Assembly (NCBI RefSeq): GCF_000332335.1
Contig: NZ_KB235948.1
Coordinates: forward strand, 2,804,513-2,848,670
Origin: Oscillatoria sp. PCC 10802
GTDB taxonomy: Bacteria > Cyanobacteriota > Cyanobacteriia > Cyanobacteriales > Oscillatoriaceae
DNA length: 44,158 nt
Direction: 5' to 3'
The position numbers and the translations under genes were made by a program. Below the pieces are notes generated by a model, which had not been told where the DNA came from, searched no databases, and saw nothing but the letters and a program-made list of their open reading frames with translations. Positions 30,883-40,486 of this stretch are shown here, in pieces. How positions within the stretch are numbered: the stretch's first letter is position 1; each line of letters starts with the position of its first letter.

Positions 30883-31254
30883 CTAAAACAAGCTGAATAT
30901 TTTTTGTTTCAGTCCCAAAAAGTTAACTGGCTTTGTAATATAGTCATCTGCCCCCAAAGTCATTGCAGTTTTGTAATTTTGAGGGTCTTCGTAAGCGGTA
31001 ATCATAAAGACTTTTAAGCTGGCCAAATCTTTTTTAATGATTCTGAGAAGTTCTAGCCCATTCATTCCCGGCATGTTAATGTCGGAGAGAATCAGCACAG
31101 CGGACGCTTCTCCCCGCTCGTGCAGGTAGTCTAGCGCCGCCTCCGCCGATAAGAAGAAAATAAATTCTATTTGACCGGCTTTGATTTCCTTTCTAAATCT
31201 TTGCTTGAACAGGAGCTGGATATCTTCCTCGTCGTCAACCACTATGACTTTCAT
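30883..31254 (-). CDS. Single-domain response regulator (CheY-like receiver)
   Basis: 123 aa, MKVIVVDDEEDIQ...LILSDINMPGMNGLELL...ITKP. Confidence 0.85.
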   Translation of the reverse strand: MKVIVVDDEEDIQLLFKQRFRKEIKAGQIEFIFFLSAEAALDYLHERGEASAVLILSDINMPGMNGLELLRIIKKDLASLKVFMITAYEDPQNYKTAMTLGADDYITKPVNFLGLKQKIFSLF

Positions 31255-31316
31255 TTATTTTACCATTCCCTTGAACTTGACAGTATTTACCCCGCACAAC
31301 CCATGTTCAGTTTTAA

Positions 31317-31348
31317 AATCCCAAATCCCAAATCCCAAATCCCAAATT
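31317..31348. repeat. STRR heptamer (CCCAAAT)x4
   Basis: aatcccaaatcccaaatcccaaatcccaaat between the sensor kinase stop and the CheY start. Confidence 0.7.
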
Positions 31349-31352
31349 GATA

Positions 31353-34277
31353 TCATTCATGGGCTTGCTTTTTTGGTAAGATGATAATAAACTCTGCATA
31401 GCTGCCTGCTTCCGTTTCCACCTGGAGTTCTCCTCTGTGCTGCTGCACCACAATATCGTGACTGATAGACAGACCCAAACCAGTCCCTTCTCCCGCTGGC
31501 TTTGTAGTAAAAAAGGGGGTGAAAAGTTTATCGCGCACCTCTGGCGTCATACCGGAGCCGTTATCGCGAATGCGGATTTCAACGCGCTCGCCCAGATTTT
31601 TAGTTCGCACGTTCAGGAGCGGAGAAAATTCACTGCCCATTTCTTGTTTCTTTTGATGGGCTGCATAGCAAGCGTTGTTGATAATGTTCAGGAAAACTCG
31701 GCCCATGTCTTGCGGCACGACTTCTACAGAGCCAATAGACTCGTCACAGCCGGTTTCTATGGTAATATTAAAGGAAGCATCCTTGGCCCGCATCCCGTGA
31801 TAGGCGAGATTGACATACTCGGCCAATACACTGTTGATATCCGTCGCCTCCCAGTGACCGCTTTTTCCGCGAGAGTGCAGCAGCATACTGCTAACGATAC
31901 GGTCAGCTCTTTGACCGTGATGGTTGATTTTTTGCAGATTTTGTCTCAGGTCGCTTAACAGGTCGGCAATCGACTCAATGGTTTCGGGATCGAGCCTGCC
32001 GGCTTGATTTTCAATTTCTTCAAATAGCTCTTCCGCCAATTCAGCGGAAAGCTCAGAGAAGTTGTTAACAAAGTTTAAGGGGTTCCTGATTTCGTGGGCG
32101 ATGCCGGCTGTCAAACTTCCCAGAGAAGCAAGCTTTTCTTGCACGACAATTTGTTTTTGCATGGCTCGCAGATTCTCTTCGACCCGCCGGCGCTCGTTTA
32201 TTTCCACCTGCAATTGCTCAACAGTCTGGCTGAGTTCAGAGGTGCGCTCCTCAACTTTTATTTCTAGCTGCTCATTAGCTTTTTGCAGCGCCTCCCGGGC
32301 TCGCACGCGCTCGGTCATGTCGCGCAGAATCACCACATATTCTTGCAGGTCCCGATTGGTTTGCGATGCGTTTTGGGAGAATCGGTCTGAGATGGCAACT
32401 TCCAGGATAAGGGGATTTGGCCCGTGCGGGTTGAGGGTTTGCTCGCACCGGCTCGGCCACTCATCGGGATGATTCCCCAATCCGGGCAGCAGCTGATTGA
32501 GGTGACGTCCGGCCAGCTGGCCGGCGCTCACCCCAAACAGGCGCTCAGCTGCAGGGTTAGCCTGACGAATCATGCCATTTTCATCGAGCACGGCAATCGC
32601 GTCCAGGGCAATGACAAACAGCTGTTCCGCCGCCTCTCGCGCTTCGTCCATCGAGACAACCTGAGGCAAGCTCGTCCAGCAGGCAATCGCCACTCCGACA
32701 AATGCCACACCCTGAATCAGCACCAGCAATAAATTAGAGTTGGCCCTGGGGACGGCATTTAATTTCAGGCCCAAAACCCAGCCGGCGGCAACGGCGCTGC
32801 AGACCAGCAAGATCAGGACTGTCACCTGAAGGGCCACAAAATCTTCTATCGGTTTCTTGGGCCTTTGCCGGTAGCGCTCAATCCACCAGGCGGCGTGAAA
32901 GGGCGCAAATTGAAGGCGGCGCATCGCAGCGTCCACAGCCAAAACAGCGAGGGGAAACAGGAACCCGATGAGAAAGTTGTTCCAGCCCCAAGCACAGCCC
33001 CCAACGAACAGCACAACCACCTCTACCAAAAAGAAGCCCAGCGACGGCCAGGGCCAGCGCACCTCTGGCCTGGCCCGGCCCAGCCACAGTCCCCAATGGA
33101 GGGCCATGAAAGACACCAGCCAGCAAGTATTGGTGATTGCCACGATTTGCGAGACATTTCCCCAAATCAGACAGATGACATTGAGGCACAAGGTAAACAC
33201 CAAGGCCGGTCCGAGTACGCCCCGTCGGGACACAGCGGCGAACACGGATGACAGGTGTCCGTCAAGGCTGAGTTGGTACAAAATGCGGGGGCAATTGGAA
33301 ACTGCGGTGGCGCAACTGAGAAGGAAACTCGCAGAGAGCAGGAATGTGACCATTCCGGAAGCAGACGCCCCCCAGAACGGCTTAGAGGCAGCTAGCAGAT
33401 TTAAGAACGTGTCCTCCCCCAGTCGGGGCTCGGTAGCGAGGCGCATCAGCACCCAGGACCCGCCCAGAAACACCGGCGGCATCAGACAAGCGGCAACCGT
33501 CAGAAAGCGCAGCGTTTCAGCCGGGCGTTTGCTGTCGCCGACAAACGAGGAAGCGGTTTCGCCGGCGTTGGTAACGTAGGTAACAAGGAAAAACCACTTG
33601 GCCCACTCCACAAAGGTGAGGGGCGATGAGCGGCTCGGAAAAAAGCCCGGGCTCGATGGGGAGAAAGCCAGCCAGCCCAGACCTTGCAGGCAAAACAGCA
33701 GCAGCAGTCCGAACGCCGGAATCACGAAACATAAATGCAGGATGCTCAAAGCGCGGGTGCCGCTAAACGCCACAGTAAAGATAACGGCCACAAAGCCGAT
33801 TTTCATCAGGGTATCGGGACAGGCCACACCCAAAGGCTCCAGGTTCCTCTCAATCAGCTTGGTCAGGATGATGGCGGCCACCGGCACATTCGATATCCAG
33901 CTAATGTAATATCCCAGCGCCGCATAGCGGGCAAGCCCTGGATAGCTCTTCAGCAACCGGGCGGCATAGTTGGGCGTTCCACCGGCCATTTCGGGCCATT
34001 GTTCGCCCAAGCGTTTCACTTGCAGGTTTAGCAAGATGCCGGCGATCGCCCCAGGCAACCAGACCAACAGGGCACTGGGCCCAGTAGCGGCGTGGATCGC
34101 TGGAGCGATACTCAGCCATGTGACGTGACCTGTTAGACCAAAGCCCCAGGTTTCCAAGGGTGTCAGGGTTCGCTGCAGGCGCATCCGCGACCTCTCCCTG
34201 AGATTCCCGCCAGGGATTGGTTGAGACGGTTCTGAGTGGGAGCCGGAAGCCTGCTCCTGTTGGGTTTCTAGCACCAT
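31353..34277 (-). CDS. Sensor histidine kinase with large N-terminal polytopic transporter-like (APC/amino-acid-permease-like) domain, PAS, HisKA, HATPase_c
   Basis: 974 aa; ~530 aa of multiple TM segments (GTPNYAARLL...YYISW), PAS (FVIALDAIAVLDENGMIRQANPAAERLFG), H-box GIAHEIRNPLNFV, HATPase DNGSGMTPEV...[14 protein letters not shown]. Confidence 0.8.
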   Translation of the reverse strand: MVLETQQEQASGSHSEPSQPIPGGNLRERSRMRLQRTLTPLETWGFGLTGHVTWLSIAPAIHAATGPSALLVWLPGAIAGILLNLQVKRLGEQWPEMAGGTPNYAARLLKSYPGLARYAALGYYISWISNVPVAAIILTKLIERNLEPLGVACPDTLMKIGFVAVIFTVAFSGTRALSILHLCFVIPAFGLLLLFCLQGLGWLAFSPSSPGFFPSRSSPLTFVEWAKWFFLVTYVTNAGETASSFVGDSKRPAETLRFLTVAACLMPPVFLGGSWVLMRLATEPRLGEDTFLNLLAASKPFWGASASGMVTFLLSASFLLSCATAVSNCPRILYQLSLDGHLSSVFAAVSRRGVLGPALVFTLCLNVICLIWGNVSQIVAITNTCWLVSFMALHWGLWLGRARPEVRWPWPSLGFFLVEVVVLFVGGCAWGWNNFLIGFLFPLAVLAVDAAMRRLQFAPFHAAWWIERYRQRPKKPIEDFVALQVTVLILLVCSAVAAGWVLGLKLNAVPRANSNLLLVLIQGVAFVGVAIACWTSLPQVVSMDEAREAAEQLFVIALDAIAVLDENGMIRQANPAAERLFGVSAGQLAGRHLNQLLPGLGNHPDEWPSRCEQTLNPHGPNPLILEVAISDRFSQNASQTNRDLQEYVVILRDMTERVRAREALQKANEQLEIKVEERTSELSQTVEQLQVEINERRRVEENLRAMQKQIVVQEKLASLGSLTAGIAHEIRNPLNFVNNFSELSAELAEELFEEIENQAGRLDPETIESIADLLSDLRQNLQKINHHGQRADRIVSSMLLHSRGKSGHWEATDINSVLAEYVNLAYHGMRAKDASFNITIETGCDESIGSVEVVPQDMGRVFLNIINNACYAAHQKKQEMGSEFSPLLNVRTKNLGERVEIRIRDNGSGMTPEVRDKLFTPFFTTKPAGEGTGLGLSISHDIVVQQHRGELQVETEAGSYAEFIIILPKKQAHE

Positions 34278-34540
34278 CTATTTAATAGACCGTATTCAGT
34301 GGTTGGCAGCTCGCACCCAAACGGAGAAACACACGGCTTCAACCTCTCAAGGGTTAAGATGCCGGTTGCTGTTCCCCCCTGATCTCTCGCACAGGCGGCA
34401 CGCTTGTGCGGTTCACTGGCAGCGTCAGGATTCATTTTCGAGGTTTAGAATTCCCTCTAGGTGTTTCCTCCGTAACACTTCAATGCCTATTTTGCCTGCC
34501 GGCACAACGTTTTTAACAGAATTAACATTTTTTTTAGAAT

Positions 34541-34778
34541 GTCTTCTTCTCATTTGCGCAACAAACTTAATAATGGGCCGACGCCCAACTACAAACCGAT
34601 CGCCGAGATCTGGCCCTATCCCCGCTCTTTGGATTGCAAAAGGGCCGGCCTGCGGGCTTGTCGTCTTCTCGTTTGAGCAACAAACTTAATAATAGGCCGC
34701 CGCCCAACTACAAACGGCTTGTCGTCTTCTCGTTTGAGCAACAAACTTAATAATGGGCCGCCGCCCAACTACAAACCC
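34541..34778. repeat. Three copies of a ~61-bp repeat (cttgtcgtcttctcgtttgagcaacaaacttaataatgggccgccgcccaactacaaac); the last two are perfectly tandem
   Basis: Copy A 34541-34597 (diverged), B 34657-34717, C 34718-34778. Confidence 0.7.
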
Positions 34779-34884
34779 CACGACAGCACCACCCAGCCGG
34801 TACGAGACGCTCGCCGCTTTTGTGGCCCTTTTCCGCGCTCGCCGGCTGCCGGCGCGCCCCCGAAGCCGTTTAAAATCAATATTT

Positions 34885-35784
34885 ATGGATATTCCCACCC
34901 TACCGTTAGCCTTTCAATTCGCCTCCCCAGGGCCAATCATCTTCCAACTGGGGCCACTGGTCATCCGCTGGTATGGCCTTTTGATTGCCTCAGCGGTGCT
35001 GCTTGGCATCACCCTCTCCCAGTACCTGGCGTCCCGCCGGCACCTGAAGCCAGAACTGCTGGGCGACTTGGCCATCTGGCTCGTCCTGGCGGCTATTCCT
35101 TCCGCCCGAATCTACTATGTCCTGTTTCAGTGGCAAGACTACGCCTCAAATCCAGGCGACATCATTGCCATTTGGAAAGGCGGCATTGCCATTCACGGTG
35201 CCATTCTCGGCGGCACCGCCGCCACCTTAATTTTTTCCCGCCTCCAGAAAATTTCCTTCTGGCAACTCGCAGATTTGGTCGCCCCCTCCCTGATTTTGGG
35301 TCAGGCCATTGGCCGGTGGGGAAATTTCTTCAATTCAGAAGCCTTTGGGGGTCCCACGAATCTGCCGTGGAAACTCTATATCCCCCCCAGCAACCGCCCG
35401 CCGGCGTACATCACTTTCGACTACTTCCACCCCACTTTTCTCTACGAATCCCTGTGGAATTTGATGGTATTTAGCTTATTACTTACCCTATTCTTTCGAG
35501 ATTTAAAGGGGAAGCCCCGCCTGAAAACCGGCACCTTGTTTTTAGTTTACATGGCGGCTTACAGCTCAGGTCGATTTTGGATTGAGGGATTGAGAACCGA
35601 CAGCTTGATGCTGGGGCCGCTGCGCATGGCTCAGATGGTCAGCTTAACCGGCATTGTTTTGGGGCTTGCCGGTTTGGTGTGGCTTTACCTCCTCCACCGG
35701 CCTCTGCCAGATGTTGTCCCCGCCAACCGGCAGCAGCAGGATTATCGCTCTTCCTCTGCCGGTCCGCCCAACAATTCTCCGTAA
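34885..35784 (+). CDS. lgt: Prolipoprotein diacylglyceryl transferase Lgt
   Basis: [13 protein letters not shown] signature, [24 protein letters not shown]; the ORF track starts upstream inside the repeat, but Met at 34885 ([10 protein letters not shown]) matches the family start. Confidence 0.9.
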   Translation: MDIPTLPLAFQFASPGPIIFQLGPLVIRWYGLLIASAVLLGITLSQYLASRRHLKPELLGDLAIWLVLAAIPSARIYYVLFQWQDYASNPGDIIAIWKGGIAIHGAILGGTAATLIFSRLQKISFWQLADLVAPSLILGQAIGRWGNFFNSEAFGGPTNLPWKLYIPPSNRPPAYITFDYFHPTFLYESLWNLMVFSLLLTLFFRDLKGKPRLKTGTLFLVYMAAYSSGRFWIEGLRTDSLMLGPLRMAQMVSLTGIVLGLAGLVWLYLLHRPLPDVVPANRQQQDYRSSSAGPPNNSP

Positions 35785-35799
35785 AGGCATTTTAAGGCA

Positions 35800-35845
35800 T
35801 TTTAGAGTTTAGAGTTTAGATTTTAGATTTTAGATTTTAGATTAA
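35800..35845. repeat. STRR-like heptamer (TTTAGAG/TTTAGAT)n
   Basis: gagtttagagtttagattttagattttagattttagatt. Confidence 0.7.
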
Positions 35846-35880
35846 ATTTACTTTTTAGGAATCTGAAATCTAAAATCTGA

Positions 35881-36651
35881 CTAGGCTACTTGTGGGCGCA
35901 ACAGCGAAACTAATTGCTCAATCCCCTTTTGAATCCGCCGCGTCACAGTCATCGGGCTGACGCCAATCCTCTCCGCTACTTCCTTGCGGGGGATATCATT
36001 CAAAAACACAAACTCAATCACTTCTCGGGTTTTTTCTTCCAGCTGGCTCAACGCCCCTTGCAGTTGCTGGCGCTCCTCTTCAGCATTTTGCAGCGCTTGG
36101 TAGTGCGCGTCGAGCAGCGTATCTCCCAGCGTCACCGGCATGTCCACTTGCTGGCCAATTGTGGCATCCAGACTCAGGGGGGTAGAATTTTGCGTGGCCA
36201 ACTGGCTTTCCCGCCACTCTTCGAGAGAAACCCCCAGCTTTCTAGCAATTTCAGCCTCGCTAGGAGAGTAACCGAGAGACGCTGTTAATCGCTCGCGAAC
36301 TTTCTGGCCTTCTTTTTGCAGCTCTTGCCAGCGGCGGGGAATTCTCACCGGATTGCCCTTGTCGCGCAAGAAGTGCAGCATCTCGCCGCGAATGTAAGGA
36401 ACGGCAAACGAGCTAAAGGCGCATCCCTGGCTGGGGTCGAAGCGCTCAATGGCCCGAATTAAGCCGAGATAGCCGATTTGTTCCAGGTCTTCGTAGGGTT
36501 CAGCGCACTGGTGGCTGACTCTGTGAGCAATCTTGCGCACCAAGCCTGCATTCAAGCGCACCAGCTGATTGCGAATTTCGACAGAGCGGTTGTGGTGATA
36601 GGAAACCAGCAGCTCCATACCACGGGAGCGGACAGAGGATTGAATTGCCAT
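35881..36651 (-). CDS. RNA polymerase sigma factor, group 3 (SigF/SigB-like)
   Basis: 256 aa; region 2 DLEQIGYLGLIRAIERFDPSQGCAFSSFAVPYIRGEMLHFLRD, region 4 HTH EVAERIGVSPMTVTRRIQKGIEQL. Confidence 0.85.
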   Translation of the reverse strand: MAIQSSVRSRGMELLVSYHHNRSVEIRNQLVRLNAGLVRKIAHRVSHQCAEPYEDLEQIGYLGLIRAIERFDPSQGCAFSSFAVPYIRGEMLHFLRDKGNPVRIPRRWQELQKEGQKVRERLTASLGYSPSEAEIARKLGVSLEEWRESQLATQNSTPLSLDATIGQQVDMPVTLGDTLLDAHYQALQNAEEERQQLQGALSQLEEKTREVIEFVFLNDIPRKEVAERIGVSPMTVTRRIQKGIEQLVSLLRPQVA

Positions 36652-37413
36652 CCTTAAAAAGCCCTCAACGGTAGAAACCCCTTTGTTTCAGGGAGTTGGG
36701 ATCGTTAACTCATCAGACCAGACGCACCCGACGCTGAAAAGCAGCTGTACTTATTCTCTGTGGCTCCCCCAAGCCGCAACTATGGTTGTTCTACGGAATT
36801 GACTGGGGCGATCCTGCCGCGTCTCAGCACAAACACGTAGGTTTCTACCCCAAACGCCGACTCGCTTTTAGCTTTTCTTAAGGATTAAAGGCTGGCACCG
36901 GCGGGCCGCCTAGGCAGGGCCGGCGAAACATAGGTGAAAATAAGCAGTCCCCAGCAATTTCTTGCCCGGACAATCCGAGGAAAAAGGTAGGGTGCGCTAC
37001 CGAAATGTCTGGGCCGTCTCTGCCGGTGGCCGGTGAGGGTGGCCACGGGGGTTGCCCCTACAGCTTCTGGCTCGGGTTGCGAGACTGCCGGCGAAAAATT
37101 CCGTTTGATTATTTCGTTTTATAACAAACCGCCAAGACGCCAAGAACGCCAAGGAGGAAGAAGAAAGAGGGAGAGGGAGAGAAAATTTAATAGGGGCAAT
37201 TCACCGGAATAGATAGTTGGAGAGGCTGGCGGGGGGAGAAGCGTGCCGGCTGTAACTTAAGAGGATTGACCGGCACCCCACAGGACTCAATCAGCCGGTC
37301 GCACCTGGGTCAGGCACCCTGTTGCTGCGGGCGGTCTCGCTGCGGGCCGCCGAAATATAAGTGAAAATAGGTATAGCCAGCAATCTTTTGCCTTGCTAAT
37401 CGGATGAAAGAAT

Positions 37414-38142
37414 ATGAGCAATACGAGTAATTTCCGCCAAGCCATGCGGGAGGCCAAATACCAGCCGCTGGTAGGCCCAAATGTGATTGCCAACGCCCTG
37501 CCCTACCTGGGGGGCGGACTTGTCCTCACCGCTGCCGGTACTTACGGCGGGCTGAGGGTTTTAAGTGCCAACCCGGGGCTGTTCATGCCCACTTTCTTGG
37601 TGGCTGTGATTCTGGAGTTGGTTCTGTTCTTTGTGGCCCAGAGGGTGGCCGCACAGGGCAACAACAGCACCGCTCTGCCCCTGCTGGCCACTTACAGCCT
37701 GCTGACCGGCTACACCCTCACCGGCTTGGTGTTCCTGGCCTTGCGGACAGCGGGAGTTGGCCTGCCTGGAGTGGGGTTTGCCGCCTTGGGGTGCGGCGTC
37801 ACCTTTATCGCCGCCCGACAAATTGGCTCTAACCTGTCGGAAGAAGACGGCATGGCCGTCACCCGAACGGTACAGCTCGGCATCATTGCCCTGCTGGTCG
37901 TCCTCGTTGGCCAATTATTGCTGTCCCTGTTTGGGGTTTACACGCCCACCTGGCTGGAAGTTGCCATCTCCGGCGTCGGGGTGTTTCTGTTTGCCGGTGC
38001 GGCGGTGGTTGACTTCTTTATCCTGCCTCGCACCTATCGCAACGAGCAGTACCTGAGCGCCGCCCTGTCGATGTATCTGACGTACATCAACTTGTTTATT
38101 TTTATCCTGCGCTTGCTGATCGCCCTCAATAGCCGGGATTAA
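37414..38142 (+). CDS. Bax inhibitor-1/YccA family membrane protein
   Basis: 242 aa, seven predicted TM helices; MSNTSNFRQAMREAKYQPLVG... and C-terminal YLTYINLFIFILRLL typical of BI-1/UPF0005. Confidence 0.8.
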   Translation: MSNTSNFRQAMREAKYQPLVGPNVIANALPYLGGGLVLTAAGTYGGLRVLSANPGLFMPTFLVAVILELVLFFVAQRVAAQGNNSTALPLLATYSLLTGYTLTGLVFLALRTAGVGLPGVGFAALGCGVTFIAARQIGSNLSEEDGMAVTRTVQLGIIALLVVLVGQLLLSLFGVYTPTWLEVAISGVGVFLFAGAAVVDFFILPRTYRNEQYLSAALSMYLTYINLFIFILRLLIALNSRD

Positions 38143-38218
38143 TCCCGCAGGGGCGGGGTGGCTGCAGGTCCGTTGCCCAATCCTGTACAGCGCCTGCAAT
38201 CCCCCCCTTAAATAGAAC

Positions 38219-38262
38219 CGGGGGTGCGTGACGACTTTGGCGTCACGCACCCTAATTTTCGG
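38219..38262 (+). terminator. Rho-independent terminator after the BI-1 gene
   Basis: gggtgcgtgacgactttggcgtcacgcaccc followed by taatttt. Confidence 0.7.
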
Positions 38263-38698
38263 GAAATGTGCTATAATGCCGAATGCGGTCAGTTCCTTAG
38301 TGTGACTCCCTCTCAGGGCTGGCAGCAGCAAGCGATTTGCCACCATATGCTGAGCTATGCTATATTTTGCTCAAGACAGCCACCACGACCCGAAAACCAA
38401 AGGCGGGTGGTTGCTCTGAAAAGTCCAAAACAGCTATCTAAATCCGATTTCCACTCGGTAGGTGGCTGTGTCTAAATCGCCTGAAAGCCCGAACCCCAAA
38501 GGCAAATGGCCTTTAGACTTGATGGAGACAGCTTCTTTCTCAAAGGAAGTCACTTTGTCTGGAGTTTGGACGTTGTACTCGCGGGTTCCCTGCGGGCATT
38601 GGTTGATACGCCTTGGCTATCGAGCTTGCCTCCTGTGCTTATGTATTTGTTACCAATTGACAGCAATTGATAGCAAAAATGTATCGGATTGAAAGATA

Positions 38699-39821
38699 AT
38701 GGAAGTCCTAGACATCAAACGCGAAATCGAAACGCTGTCCTACCGCCTGGGGAAAACCCAGGACTATCTTTGACATACCGGCACTGACAGCCCAGATTCA
38801 AGACCTGGAGCAGCTGGCGGCTCAGCCGGCGTTTTGGGACGACCAAGCCGCCGCCCAGCAGACGCTGCAACAACTGGACGGACTGAAATCCCACTTGCAG
38901 CAATACGACCGCTGGCGAACCAGTCTGGAAGACGCTACGGCAGTTTTGGAACTGCTGGAGCTAGAGCCCGATGAGGCGCTGCTGCTGGAGGCGGAAACGA
39001 ATATAACCCAGCTCAACCGCGAACTCGACCAGTGGGAGCTGCAGCAGCTGCTCTCCGGACCCTACGACGAAAAAGGTGCGGTGCTGAGCATAAATGCCGG
39101 TGCCGGCGGCACAGACGCTCAAGACTGGGCCGAGATGCTGGTGCGGATGTACACCCGCTGGGGGGAGCGTCAGGGGTACAAGGTGCACCTGACCGAAATT
39201 TCAGAGGGGGATGAAGCGGGGATTAAGTCCGCCACCCTGGAAATTGCCGGTCGCTATGCCTACGGCTATCTGAAGGCGGAGAAAGGAACGCACCGGCTGG
39301 TGCGGATTTCCCCGTTTAATGCCAACGGCAAGCGGCAAACCAGTTTTGCCGGCGTGGAAGTGATGCCGGCGATCGACACCTCGGTGCAGCTGGAGATTCC
39401 AGAGAAGGATCTAGAAATTACGACCTCCCGCGCCGGCGGTAAGGGCGGGCAGAATGTCAACAAGGTGGAAACCGCTGTGCGGATTGTTCACATCCCCACC
39501 GGCCTTGCGGTGCGCTGCACCGAAGAGCGCAGCCAGCTGCAAAATAAAGAAAAAGCCCTGGCCATCCTGAAAGCGAAGTTGCTGATCGTCGCTGTTGAGC
39601 AGCGGGCCAAGGAAATTGCCCAGATCCGGGGGGATATGGTGGAAGCCGCGTGGGGCAACCAGATCCGCAACTATGTGTTCCATCCTTACCAGTTGGTTAA
39701 GGATCTGCGCACCGGCGTGGAAACCACCGCCATCACCGACGTGATGAACGGCGAGCTCGACCCGTTTATCGAAGCTTATCTGCGCCAGGAAAACCAGATT
39801 GCCGAAAGCCAGCCGGCATAA
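38699..39821 (+). CDS. prfB: Peptide chain release factor 2, with programmed +1 ribosomal frameshift at CTT TGA C (38768-38774)
   Basis: Frame 0: [24 protein letters not shown] then TGA at 38771. The +1 frame continues [24 protein letters not shown]... into the 308-aa ORF with SPF and GGQ motifs ([18 protein letters not shown]). AGGA SD-like element 3 nt upstream of CTT. Confidence 0.9.
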
Positions 39822-40172
39822 TACCTTCGGGCGCTGCACAGTAGCGGGATGGGAATGTCTGGAGGGCGGCTGCCGACACGGAGGCTGCCCTCACCGTTTA
39901 GGGGCAACGGCGGGGGGATTGCCCCGGGAGCATCCCGTTTTTGCAAAGACTGTCACCCTCTTCCCCCCCATCCCCAGAGGGGGCCCCGAGCCCCCCCTAA
40001 CCCCCCTCTCCCATTAAGGGAGAGGGGGGAAAAATCAAGAATTCTCCCCTCTCCCCAAAGTGGGAGAGGGGCTGGGGGTGAGGGGGATTACAAAAATGGG
40101 ATGTTCCCGATTGCCCCTGCATTTTCATTCTTTTGATGCGCAACGCCCGCCCAAGTCTTAGCGGAATACGAT

Positions 40173-40268
40173 CTAGCGGTTCTCAGTTGGATGAACTATG
40201 GCCAGAAACCCGGGTTGTTAAAGAAACCGGGTTTCTCAGTACCTCACAAAGGATGAGAACCGCTATAA
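40173..40268. repeat. MITE family 2 copy
   Basis: ctagcggttctcagttggatgaac...cagaaacccgggttgttaaagaaaccgggtttctcagtacctcacaaaggatgagaaccgctata. Confidence 0.7.
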
Positions 40269-40486
40269 ATGCTGCAACCCTCTTGACAGAGAGGGTTGTT
40301 CTGTTCTATAACTAGCGCAAAATTTAATGATTCTTTAGCGGTAGCAGAGCAGATACAGCAAGGGTTGCTAAGACTTTTTAAGGTATCGCTAGCACTGCAA
40401 ATGGATATCAGATTTAACCAAAGTTACCGGGAGCGATCCCGGGATCTAGGTTTAGAAACTCCGCTTTTGGAACAAGGTGTTTTGCC

